From the NCBI GenBank assembly GCA_002189035.1, contig NEEC01000002.1:3410001-3474000 (forward strand): 64,000 nt of DNA, written 5' to 3'. The notes beneath the pieces were generated by a model, which worked only from the letters and a program-made list of their open reading frames with translations, was not told where the DNA came from and made no database searches. Made by a program: the position numbers and the translations under genes. Origin of the DNA: Utricularia gibba (taxonomy: Eukaryota > Plantae > Magnoliophyta). Positions 51,308-63,511 of this stretch are shown piece by piece. Every line of letters begins with the position of its first letter. The first letter of the stretch is position 1.

Positions 51308-51580
51308 TGTAACCAGATGTTGCCTGTACCTCTCGATAAAAGCACTCCGCTGCGAAAAAATTAAGAAGATGAGATGGGTGAAGCCACAAGATTCAATCCG
51401 AACAACGCTGTGAAAGAGAGAACCTGAACTGCCGCCGGCTAAGGGTTCCGGGTGCGGAAGTTGCAGACTTTATAGTTGTTGAAACACCAAGCCCATCATT
51501 AAAGCCCAGGTCATGTGAATGGGCTTCTGAAGAATCGATGTGGGCTACTTAGAAGCGCTGTTTCTCGCGTGGGCCGCAAC
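51082..51580 (-). promoter_or_regulatory. RPL23A regulatory module: telo-box plus site II (TCP) motifs
   Basis: AAACCCTAA at 51082-51090 in intron 1. AGCCCA/TGGGCT at 51490, 51503, 51520 and 51541. This pairing is typical of plant ribosomal protein genes. Confidence 0.7.
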
Positions 51581-53024
51581 AGAACTCCCGTGCTGGCTAA
51601 CTCTTTTTGTTTATGCTACACGTGTCGTCTGGCTCGTTGTGGTCTCTGGCTTCATTCACATCGCCTACTAAACTCCTCCTACCGAATGAAATGAAACAAA
51701 ACATACCTCCGGCTCCAGCTGCTGTTGCCTACCCACATACATTATTCATTAAGAGCGGCTCGGCTCGGCTCGGCTCGTCGTCTTGTTTTGTTTCTAGTGA
51801 GACTAAAGGCCTAGGCTCTCCCGCTACTGGACGGGGGTTCCTTGTTTATTCTGTACCAGTCTCTCTCTCTAGTTCGCATTATTTCTCGAAACTGGCAGCC
51901 ACTAGCGGTGGCCCCGCCCCCACCTCCGGGGCATCTCTGCCCGTACGAAGTCCAACGCCCTTTTTTTTGTTTTCATTTTTTTGTAGGAACAAGAGTAACC
52001 CCTTGCTGCTCCGGGTTTCTACGTTTGTCATACGTGGCTGATCATAGGAATGCCACGTGCATATGCCGCTCCATTTAGCGTTAGAAATGCAATGAATTTT
52101 CATGTTCAAATGTGGGAAAGTGAGGAGGAAAGTTTTCAAACTGGGGGAGTCCAGTTCCGCCATTAATGCTTGCCCGCCCGCCCCCCGCCTTGCCCACCGG
52201 CTCCACTCCTCTCTCTCACATGCTCTCCGTGCCTCTTTCCTCTTTCCTTCTATAGGTGGGGATGTGTGTGCGTACCTCGTCTTTGTCATCTGCTGAGAAG
52301 GCCCGCTACTCCTATGGTATGTGTGCTAGCCCTTCTCTCTACTTGGCTTGCTCTCTTTCCTTGTTCTCTACACAGGATGGTGGAGCGCAGTGTGTTTCCA
52401 AGGACCTGGATCTGCGCATTCATTACTCTTTTTTTCTTTTTTTGTTTTGTTTTGTTTAGGTGAAGATCTCGATCTGTGAATGACATCAGCTGGATTCTGG
52501 ATGGCGACGGTTTTCGAGGTGGCACCGTCTGTGGCTCGCTTGCTCGAAATTTCTGATTTCAAATGAGCATCGGTAAGGGTTCTTCACTTTCTCTGCTTTT
52601 CTTTTAGTAATGTAAATGGTGGGCTGTGGGTACCAGCATCTTTCTTTGGCTATACCGGCTTCTTTGCTTGTTGTAGTGAGTTCACAAAAAGGAAATGAGG
52701 AAAGCTCCGTACGGAAAGTCGAAAAGTGCCTTCGGCATTGAAGGTTATTTCTTGCAGTTCTTCTAATGTGGCCATGAGAACAGAAGTGCTTTTGAATATT
52801 ACTACCTTGCTTCGTCTGGAAAGAGAATGATGTACAATTTTGGGTGTTTGACAGGGATCCGACGGGGCGAGATCCACAAATCTACTCCGAAGCTGTCTGC
52901 AGATTCACATTCTTATATGGATGTTAGCAAAAGAGATGATATGGTATGCACTTCTCAACTTCTCTTCACTCTGAGAACATGATGCTTTATCGAAATCTCG
53001 AGTAATCAGTTTTGGCTTCATCAG

Positions 53025-55841
53025 TACACCCTCGAGATGAGGCAGAGGCCCAGTGCCCGAGCCACTGGATTACCAATGAGGAAGCTTTTAGCAGAGGAAA
53101 TGTCCAAGGAAATTCAACACAAGAGGACAACGCAGAGTGTTATTGCGCGGTTAATGGGCGATGAAGGATTGCCATCTCCTAGCAATGCTCACACAAAACA
53201 ACAGGAATCACCGGACTTCTATACAGAGGAATGCTTCAAATTCTGCTAATTGGAGCCCCATTTTCTTGAGAACCTAATCAATCATAGAAGCTCAACGAAC
53301 CAACCGGTGTTTAAGGATGTGCATGAGGATATGGGAGGGCCGCACTGCATAAATCGTGTGTATTCTTCAAGGTGGAACACGAATTCATTTCTGGCGGATC
53401 ATGATGTTGATGCTGAGCAACTTTCAGCTGACGAAATGCTTCAAGACTCAGGTGATCTGGATGGGGAGTTAGATATGCTTGACTGTGCCAAAGTGAAACC
53501 GCAGAAAATTTTCAAGCAACCAGGTTCTTTGGTTCCAAGGCATTCAATTGGTTTCCAGGATGATGGCCAGGCTTCTATTGGGAGCCCTATCACAGTTTTA
53601 AAACATTTGAGCCCTGAAACTGAAAGAAATTCAAAAGCTAGGAGATCAAGGAGGCATTTCTCTGGTATGTTACACTCCGCTACTCACCTGATGCGCAAAG
53701 ATGGCCTTCTCCTTGATTCTAGTGATAATTCGCTCACTGTTTCGTTCGAGAAAGGGTTGATAGGATTACACTACCTACAAGGATTGTGGTGCTAAAGCCG
53801 AACCTGGGGAAGATCAGGAATGCAGGGGCATCCTGCTCGTTAGCTGATGTGCCTTATGGCCATCTGCATAACTACCATGTAAGGAGAAATCAATGTACAA
53901 CTGAATCAGTAAAGGAAACTTCGACGGAAAGATATTCATCTCATCAAATGGGTTTGCTAAGGCGCATGCCTAGAGAGGCTGGTGAGATTGCCTTTCAAGT
54001 TGCTTCGAGAATGAGAGAGTATAAGGATGAAACTGCTGAGGTAGTTTCCTCCGCTTTTAGTGGATATGTCGGAGATGGTAGCTCATCTGAGTCGATTGAA
54101 AGTGATTCAGGAAGCAAGTTTGAACCTTTTAGATTTCCCTACCGACATTCACTTGACCAATGTGTACTCCATGCATGCTCATCCTCTCGTTCTGGAGAAC
54201 CATCAATGAGTAGGCAAAATACAAAGTGGTTATCTGGGAAACTGAAAAGTTCTCGGAAATATCAGGAGTTGGAGATGTTTAACAGTGGCAGCACAATAGC
54301 TGAAACGCTTGCCTTCTCGGAAAGGGATTCTGGACCAATGGATTTAACTCCTGAAAGCACTTCTGATGTGGCAAAGAAGAACCCTTTTGTTAGCTGTAGT
54401 GTAGCCTCTATACAGCATGCTCCTTTGGGCATCAGTAGCAAGGATGGTTGGGAAGATGGCAAAAGCTTGAATTCATCTAGATCAATATCAAAGCCTACTT
54501 CTTTAGGTGAGATAAACCATATAAAAAGTGAGATGATTGGAACTCAGCGTCTGCCGCACAGCAGTGGGGTGCACTTTGGTAAAAACGAGGCGAAAGGAAA
54601 ATGCGATGACATAGAAAATAATTTGTATAAAAATTCAAGTTTTTGTAGCAAGAAGCCTCGTTCTTTTCGGCATCTAAATGCCAGTGAAGCAGACCCTTCA
54701 GCACCCAACATACCAGAAAAGCAGTTATCTGACAATCCTGAGTGCGTTCCTTCATGCTGCAAGACTCCAATCTCCAGGTTTGAATTAGATCTTTGCTTCT
54801 ACAAAGTGAGCTTCTGGTTTACATAGCATCAGGCAGGGTCATGTGTATTAGTTACTGTGGTATGACGGATCTACATCTACTTTGTTGATTGATTGTTAAA
54901 ATGTGTTTGTGATCCTCCAGGAACTTCCCCAGGGAACATTTGCCCAAAGTTCTCCTCCCTCACGATGCCGAAAAACCGAGCCTGATTCATCTGAGAGCTC
55001 TAAAGAGGCCGATCATCCAAGCCCAGTCTCAGTTCTTGAAATCCCGTCTCGGGAGTATATATCAACCTGTGAAAATTTTGAAAGAGTCAGCGCCGAACTA
55101 CATGGTATGGAACTTGTCTTACAGAGTAACCTTATCTGTATGGAGCTCTTCGAAATTCTCGCATGCTAGTTGGTTAGGGAGCATTTGGGACAGAAATTCA
55201 GCAGGTTGTAACCATTACCCTCATCTTTCTCGTATAGAACTAAGAAGACACTTGCAGCTTTTGAAGCTGGAGTCTGGTACATGTGCTGCATCCACCATTG
55301 CTCCCGTTGAAGAAGAGACCACGAGCGTAGCATCTGAAAGCAACTTGGGAGAAGAATCTGAATGCTGGCGGACGACTTACGCAGTGAACGTGCTGATCGG
55401 CTCAGGCCTTGAAGAGACGGATTTTAGCCTCTTAGAACAAACTGGCACTATCCAGAGAACCCTCTGGACGCTGGTCTGTTCGACGAACTTGAGAAGAAGT
55501 ACGGGACTGGAACAAGTGGGTCGAAGTCAGAAAGGAAGCTACTTTTTGACATGTTAAATGCAGACCTCCTAGATGTCTTCCGAGACCATGTTGACTCTTA
55601 CCCGTGGGTGATGCCGAAATTGGTAGGGGGGATGAATTCCAGACGGGAAAAAGAAGCAGTTGGTGATGCCATCGACAAACTGATCAGCCGGGATTTTTCC
55701 AAGTGGGAAGTGGAAGCATCACAAGGAGAATTGGACAAGGAGATGCAGTGGTCAGATGTCAAGGGAGAAATCGACGGTGTAGGCGTGGACATTGAGAAGT
55801 TGTTGATAGATGAGGTTATATCCGAGGTCTTGTCTGCGTAA
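53025..55841 (+). CDS. TON1-recruiting motif (TRM/LONGIFOLIA-like, DUF4378) protein; several frame disruptions; N-terminus uncertain
   Basis: MRKLLAEEMSKE, SVIARLMG, PTRIVVLKP (after a shift at about 53755), HPSPVSVLE, ELRRHLQLLK, ERKLLFD and the C-terminal DIEKLLIDEVISEV. Shifts or a stop at about 53220-53260, 53755, 54770 and 55437. Confidence 0.85.
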
Positions 55842-56533
55842 AAGTATCTGGGTTTGCCTTTTAGTCACAGCAAACGGAATCCGGAGAACAATAAGAGGAA
55901 GCCGGGCAACAACAGCCATCCACTTTATGCATTAGGTAGGTATAGAGAATGAACGCTTCATCTTCTGCTGGCTTGTAAATGAGTTTTTCTTGGAGGGAGG
56001 GAAACACGATCGCTTGTTGACGGTCGCCTCGTCCACTCTCTCAAGGTCTCGACACCGCGGGTCGACGGCAGTGCGAGTCGAATCCACGTCCTGGTGATCT
56101 TCTTTCCACGCACCCTGTCATTTTCCAGGCCTATTGGGCCAATTTTCCATGTAGAGAACAGTCGGCCGTCATTCACTCACCGTTGGGCGGCCCATGTGTT
56201 GAGACTGCATAGCAGCCATCTGCGCTCCCCCCTCCCGTCAAGTTCCAGCGCGACAATTCTAATTTTTCTCCCTCCATTGCACTTCCATGAAAATTGGCGT
56301 CTTCCCCGGAGCTGCCCAGGTGTCCGTCTTCTCTGTTTTTACGGAAAAATTAAGCCTGCTGTCGGATTGAGATTTTCTTTCATTCTGACGCTAAATCCGT
56401 TGGTTTCTTCTGTATCCTTCGGTTCTCTTCCCGGAGTCATACGTCTCTCTTGATCTAGCCTATCCGTTTCTGCGTAACCCATTATATCCAAGGAGGACTC
56501 GCTCTCGAGAGTCCTGAGCTTATTTCAGCTGAT

Positions 56534-59527
56534 ATGGCAGGTATTTTACAAATTTGTGTTTCTGTGTTGCGTTTTTAACTTCTGTTCTTGAATTATTTGC
56601 ATAAATTGTGCTAAAATTACCTGGTTAACTCCTTGTACAAAGTGTTCTGCAGGTTCATCCTACTCTTCCTACTTTGTGCCATGGGAATTCTCGCCAGAGC
56701 CGAGGATTCTTTTGATGTTCGCCTGCACTTATCAACCGTGACCAGGTTTCCTGTCCCTTGAACCTCTTTTCATTCCGTGGGTTTAGTATGCTTGAGTTGT
56801 TAGATTTTGGGGTGCTACACTGTCGCTATTATGTTTCGTAGAGAAATCAGTGCAGGTTCCCAGTGAAGACTACTCTTGTTTTTGGTTAAAAAACCCCATA
56901 ATGATGACATTCTTGAACACTTTGCAGATATGATGCCGCAAAAGGCATCCCAGGGAGGGAATTTGTGCCTTCAAGTATTCCTAGTTATTGCAAACCTATG
57001 CATTTAAACCTTTTGGTAATCATGACTTCATTTTTTTTTTAATTGAGCTTCTATTGTTATAAATCATTTATTCTGCTATTTTGGCATCTACAGTTGAGTT
57101 TTTTTTCCCTTTTTTGGACCATCCAAGATGCCATACTAGGTTTTGTTTTTATTGCCTTATTTCTATTATTGATGTAAACCTAAGGCTTTTTAAAGTGATA
57201 TGGCTTACCAAGTTATTTGCTATGCCCATTCTGCTTCTGCGTCCCTGTCATTATGGTAACCTGATCGGTTGGTTTTAGGCAAGGCATGGCACTCGTGCTC
57301 CCACCAAAAAGAAATTGAAAGAATTGGAATCTTTAGCTACCCGCCTGGAGGTCCTTTTAGAAAATGTGGACAAAAACTCAAATTTGATTCCCGGCTGGCT
57401 GTTTGGATGGAAGTCACCTTGGACCAGAATGTACCGTGGTGGAGAGTTGACTAGCGCAGGAGAAAGTGAGCTGTTTGAGCTAGGTGTTAGAACCATAGAA
57501 AGATTTACGGAACTATTTGAAGAGGAGTATCATCCTGATACCTATCCAATTATAGCCACCCAGGTTTGGATTTGATCATAGAGCTTTTCTTGCATACATA
57601 ATTTTGTAGCCTTAGTTACTGAATAAACTATATAAGTATAATATATGTATTCACCAATTTTGTCCGGAGTCCTCTTCATGGAAACCCAGGCTGCTAGTAG
57701 CTATTTTATCAACCTTTTCTGTTGCTTCTTGTCCCCTTCGTTTAATTGTCCTTCATTTTCTAATCCAAATTCCCTTCAACGGTATGGTTGTAATAAGGTT
57801 CCTCGAGCATCAGCTAGTGCTGTAGCATTTGGCATGGGCCTCTTTAGAGGCAAAGGAAGTCTTGGGCAAGAACATCATCGTGCTTTTGCAGTTATCAGTG
57901 AGAGTCGTGCCAGTGACATAATGCTGAGATTCCATGATTGCTGCCAAAACTACAAGGTATCCCATTTCATAATATATTAATTGCAGCAGGTAATCGTGTC
58001 ATTAAATATTTCCTTCAAGTTGTGAAATCTGTGTACTTTTGTAAAGAAGCTAAGATTTGCGATGACTTTTCAGACATTCAGGAAGAGCCAGGAACCTTCT
58101 GTCAATAATCTGAAACTACCTGTTCTAAATGAAATAGCCCACGCATTTTTTTCTCGTTGGGGCATGAATGTCACAGGAAATGATGTATCGTCCCTATGGT
58201 ATCTATGTAAGCAGGTAAGTTGCCTCATATTTTTTCCATTGTATTCTTATCTGTATCCAACTTTAATTATTCGCTCCATCTATCCCAGGAAGCTTCTTTA
58301 CTGAACACAACCGATCAAGCCTGTGCTCTTTTTAATCCTAATGAGGTAGTTTTATTTTCTTTCTCTTTATGATAACACATTCAGGTCGGTATTGTTGCCA
58401 AATGGACGTCCATTTAACTCGTGGCTTTTATTCTCTAATGGAGACTAGCATGCTACTCTTCTTTAAAACGTGGCTTGATTGTAAGACTTGCAGGTTAGGA
58501 TGCTTGAGTGGACGGATGATCTTGAGCTCTTCATATTGAAGGGTTATGGTAATTCCTTAAATTATCGGATGGGCGTTGCATTGCTTAAAGATGTCATTCA
58601 TTCAATGGAACAAGCGGTGAATGCTAGTGAAGGCACGGTTCCTCCATCTTTTTTTTCCTTTTCTCAGCTTTCCTTGTGTTTAGCTCCCACCGCATTGATT
58701 TGCCTAGACAGTTGAATTTTTGGGCATTCCCTAGACTTTTACTCCCATGAAATGAGATTTTTCATTGCACAACCTTTTTGTTTTCCACATTGATAGATGG
58801 AAATGCAGCTAGGAACCATGAGAAGGCAAGGATAAGGGTCGCTCATGCAGAAACACTACTCCCATTTTCCTGTTTGATCGGACTGTTTCTTGATCAACCT
58901 GGTAAGCATGATTGACACCTTCCCTATGTTTTCCTCTTTGCTGATTTGCCATTTCTGTCCACTGATATATTTTCTTGTGGAGCTTCAGAGTTCGAACTTT
59001 TACTGCGGGAACAGCCATTAAACATACCTCCCCAGCCACCGCAAAAGAGAGCTTGGCATGGAAGTACCATCGTCCCATTTGCGGGAAATAGCATGCTGGT
59101 ATTGTACAGATGTTCAGCAAACAACTCCAACAAATATTTTGTGCAAGTGCTGCACAACGAACGCCCAATCCCGTTGGCGGTGAGCTTCCTGATACATCTA
59201 TTTCGGATGCCCCAGAGCTAATGCTCTCCATTGTGTGTCCATGTGCAGGGTTGTGGCGATTCAGACTTTTGTCCCTTTGAAGTTTTCAAGGTAGGACACA
59301 ACTTGCTCAAACCTCTATCCCCCTTTGTTTCCACTGGTTGACAAAAATGCCAATGCCCCCGCCAGGAAAGGATAGCTGCCCCTCATTTGAAGCACGACTA
59401 CAATCTACTTTGCTCTGCTGCGGATTCCTCTTGTCCTGTGCGACCCTCCTTCGCTGCCAGGATTCTCCAGTTGTTGAGTTGGGTTTTCCGAGGGGACGCG
59501 GTGAATCCCAAGAACAATGAACTCTAG
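56534..59527 (+). CDS. MINPP1: Multiple inositol polyphosphate phosphatase 1-like histidine acid phosphatase
   Basis: Signal peptide, then FDVRLHLSTVTRY, catalytic RHGTRAP, LRFHDCC, SLWYLCKQEASLL, AHAETL, PFAGNSMLVLY, ending KNNEL*. About 12 exons splice in frame. Stop at 59525-59527. Confidence 0.93.
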
Positions 59528-60814
59528 ACGCCCTCTCCTTCTTCAGCACCTGTTTGGTGTGTGCAACGTCATCTCCATTGCTCCTTAATAGTTTAACCAA
59601 TGCTTAGATTTTGAAGTTGACGTTTCCTTGGTAAAGACAATACATAATTTGCACGGGGCGCAGATTTTAGGAAACACTTTTGTGAAATTTACATTTTCCA
59701 TATTTAAATTAAAAAATTTGTATTAAAAATAATTAAATTAAAAACATTCATATTTATTTACTGTATTTTTATTTTTAAAGAATACCATTTGTTTAATAAT
59801 TTGCAACATTATTAAGATTTTTAAATTAATTGGTAAATTATTTCAATTGCTATCGAACTTCATAATAGGATATAATGAATACTTCATAATTCATATAACT
59901 ATTATTACATAGATAATAGACTAAGTGAAGCTCTTTACTATTTTGATTTTGATAAATTGAAACACTATACAACAAATAATATGAAATCCATTATTCCTTA
60001 TAAGAGCATTGAGTAAAACTCTATTATTTGTGATTGATCTTTCCTATCCAAATAATATGTATGTAAATCTCATTTTTACATCACACACACCAAATATGTT
60101 TAAATAAGTATATTCATTTTTAATTTGATATTGTTCTTGTTCATTGAGACAGACTTTTACCTAAATGTATATCCCATTTAAATTTCCAAGACACCCCTAT
60201 CATTAATAAAAACTAAATAAATAACCACACATAATTCAAAATAATAATTATATATATATGAAAAATATATGTTGATACTAAAATTTGAGATCTAAATAAA
60301 TGCTTAACCAATTGAGGTAAGCTTTCTTGTTTTTTTATAATAAAATTAAGCAATTTTACTAAAATAAATATTCACATAAAAAATAAAACCAATCAATTAA
60401 GATTTAAATTTTTTCATTAAATGCTAATCAATCGATATGATTTTTATATTTCATTTTATATATTTAAAATGGATATAAACATTTTATAAAAAGCATTGTA
60501 ATTCCATAAATAACATGTATAATTTATTCATAATGTTATAAAACATCATAAATAATATTTTTGTAATATATACTAAAAATAATCAATTTTTTTTTAAAAA
60601 TAAAATTAAAACATATATTTTTTGAAATTTAAGAATGAATATAATCATAAGTTATTTTTATTGAAATTAAATATTATATTTATTTAAAAATATATTATAA
60701 TATGTTCATTAACAATGTCCGATGTAATATAAAGTTAATTTGTAAATAAATTTTAAAAGTAAGGTATACTACTAATAGAATATCAATATGTTCAAAAATG
60801 AATACCGTTAGGTC

Positions 60815-60990
60815 TGTTGGGCCTGTGCTTGGGTCGGATTAGTTGGCCCAGCCCAGTCTTCGCTCATAGTTGCGTTATATATCTATCAATCATTTCGCCG
60901 TCGAATAGGCAGGCACCTCATTCAAGTCCTGGAGGTCTGGCTCTCCCTCCGCTAGTTGTTTTGTTTGTAGAAAAAAAAAATTAGGGTTCT
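60815..60990 (+). promoter_or_regulatory. RS2Z promoter/5' UTR with site II motifs and telo-box-like motif
   Basis: TGGGCC and GGCCCAGCCCA at 60817-60856, and TTAGGGTT at 60981. A 5' UTR intron runs from about 61020 to 61298. Confidence 0.55.
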
Positions 60991-61305
60991 GCTCGAGATC
61001 GAGAATTCGCCCCTGAAGGTACGCGTTTTCGTGCTTCGGTTGCTTTTGAACTCTCGCGAGCCGCGACTGTTATATTGTTCTAGCCTTTCTCTAAATTACT
61101 TGTGTATTTGAAGTTTCCTTTTTTTGTGTGGCTGTAGTTCGCATATCTCTTTTATTCTTCTTAAGTGGTGATGCGCGTTTCTTGTTTTCACGATTTCCTT
61201 AGTTTAGCTCTTTCCTGCCAGAGTTTGGGGATAGAATTGCCTGATTCTCATTTTGCTTTTTATTTCATTCTTCTTCCTCCTAAATCTTAAATTGACAGAA
61301 AAAGA

Positions 61306-63261
61306 ATGCCTCGCTACGAAGATAGGTATGGAAGTACTACCCGTCTCTATGTCGGCCACTTGTCCTCAAGGACTCGCTCGCGAGATCTGGAGCACGTTTT
61401 CAGTAGATATGGCAGGTACTCCACAAGTTTGTTTATTCTTGAATTTCCGTATTGCTCAGATAAGTAGAGAGTCATGAAGCTGCTGACTGCTTCCCGTAGC
61501 ACTTGTAATTTATTTTTGTATCCCAAATGTGAGTAAGAGCTAGCCATTCTCCAAGCGTGGATTTCGCTTGCATCTTACGATGCTTTTTGAGAAAGCCAAT
61601 AAACGGCGCAAGTTTTAATTTTTATACTATTAGTTTTGTTTTGTATTGTTTACCCCAACTTCTAGAAAAATAATCCGCAACTAAGCTTTTGAAACTAACC
61701 AAAGAACAAGGCCAAAAATCTCCTGGGCTCTTTTGTTTTGACTTTATGATTCTGTTGAAGGTTTCTGAGCCTTTGCCTGACTTGGTGGTCAATGGTGGGA
61801 GGGTGGAGATTCCCTGACCTGATTGTCAATGGTGGGAGGGTGGACTTGGTGGTTCTTTGCCGATTGTTAGAAGTCTTTGGCGATTTTCTATGTTATCTTT
61901 GCGTGTTTATATGGAATTTGGAACAATCAAACTGGTGTTTAGTTCGTCTTGAGGACCAAGTATGATCCAATGAAGTACGTAAGTAGTTATGATGGCCTTA
62001 CTTTTCTGGAAACCATTTGCGCAGAGTGCGAGACGTGGACATGAAGCGAGACTACGCTTTTGTTGTATGTTTCACCACCCTATCTCATCGCTTGATCGTG
62101 AATGCCTTATTAAATGCTTTCATGGATATGGTTGCATTCTGGATCTGTAAAATATCGAGGTTCTCGTGTGTTTTGCATTTCCGTAATCATGCAGGAATTC
62201 AGTGATCCAAGAGATGCTGATGATGCTAGATACAACCTGGATGGGAGAGATGTTGATGGCCGTCGTATTACTGTGGAGTTTGCTAGAGGAGTGAGCGTTT
62301 TTGTTTTCCGCTTGCTGCATTTCTTTCTTTCTGCATGGCTGGTTTCATTCCCCGTTATTCTTCTTCCTGGTGGCATTTTCGGGATTTGCTTCTTACACTC
62401 AGGTGCCACGAGGGCCTGGAGGAGTTAAGGAATATGTTGGAAGAGGTCCTGCTCCAGGCTCAGGACGTTGCTTCAATTGTGGCATTGACGGTCATTGGGC
62501 TCGAGACTGCAAGGCTGGTGACTGGAAAAATAAGTGCTATCGCTGCGGGGAAAGGGGTCACGTCGAAAGAAACTGCCAGAATAGTCCAAAGAAACTGAGG
62601 TTTGTAGGCTGTCTGCTGCAATTTCACCGGACACCTCTGCAGTTTTTGCATTTGTTGATGCTAATTGTTGTTCGGTTGAATGGTGCTCCAGTGGACGTGG
62701 TCAGAGCTATTCGCGTTCACCGCGAGATCTCGATCTCCTCGCCGGGGCCGCAGCCGAAGCCGCAGTTTCAGCCGTAGCCGAAGCTATAGGTACCCTGTTC
62801 TTTTTCCTTGTGTGGTGCATGTTGGGGGGGTTGTGTCTGAAGGCTGAGGGTAACAGCGTTTTCTCTCATCTAGTCGTTCACCTGTGAGAGGAGGGCGTGA
62901 TTCTGATTACAAGGACAGGAGATCAAGAAGCCCTGTTGATCGTAGCCCTGGTCCAAAAAGGCGTGGATCTTCTCCCTACGACTCGAGGAAGCGCAGTGTG
63001 ACGCCCGATAGAGATGTTGTGTTGGAGAGAAGTGCTTCGCCTCCCGTGAGAGGTAAAATGGAGACGGAAGAGCAAGATGGTTATGGTGAGAGCCCCAAGG
63101 AGACCAGCCGCAGCCCCGCAGGTCGGAGGTATAACGAGAGCCCTTACGCCGCGAATGGCCGCCGTGGCAGCCCCAGTCCGAGTCCTAGTCCTGGGCATAA
63201 CAGGGCCTCGGTTGATGGCGGTGAAAATGGAGCTTCCCCGCGAGGCAGCGAGTCTCCCTGA
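61306..63261 (+). CDS. RS2Z33: Serine/arginine-rich splicing factor, RS2Z subfamily (RRM, two zinc knuckles, RS/SP tail); 1-bp frameshift in exon 5
   Basis: Exons 61306-61415, 62025-62064, 62195-62290, 62403-62599, 62692-62789, 62874-63261. [53 protein letters not shown]2Z32 versus RS2Z33 cannot be distinguished by eye. Confidence 0.95.
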
Positions 63262-63511
63262 AACCATCTGGATGGCTTAGATTTGCGTGAACTACTACCT
63301 GCTGCTGCTCTGTTTCCCAGACTTAGATTTCAAGATCTTGATATGAAGATGATGAGTATGAGGTGGGCTGAACCTTAGGTGTTTTAATACACTGTCTTGA
63401 CACTTTGGAATGTGGAGGCTGTGTGAAGCAAAGAAGCTTGAAGATTAGACACGACATAAAATGTTCGTATCATCATCCTGTTCGCCAATCGAGATTGCAG
63501 GCGAATGCTCG

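Noticed and set aside
51607-52562. Several 64-144 aa ORFs between RPL23A and TRM
   Set aside because: No recognisable motifs; composition is that of promoter and 5' UTR sequence.
59650-60800. Very AT-rich tract as a Helitron or MITE
   Set aside because: No hairpin-CTRR end, TIR or TSD that I could identify.
61306-63261. RS2Z as a pseudogene
   Set aside because: A single missing C restores [25 protein letters not shown] and the exon phase; the rest of the gene is strongly conserved.
62923-63267. 114-aa antisense ORF over the RS2Z last exon
   Set aside because: Shadow frame of a GC-rich RS/SP-coding exon.
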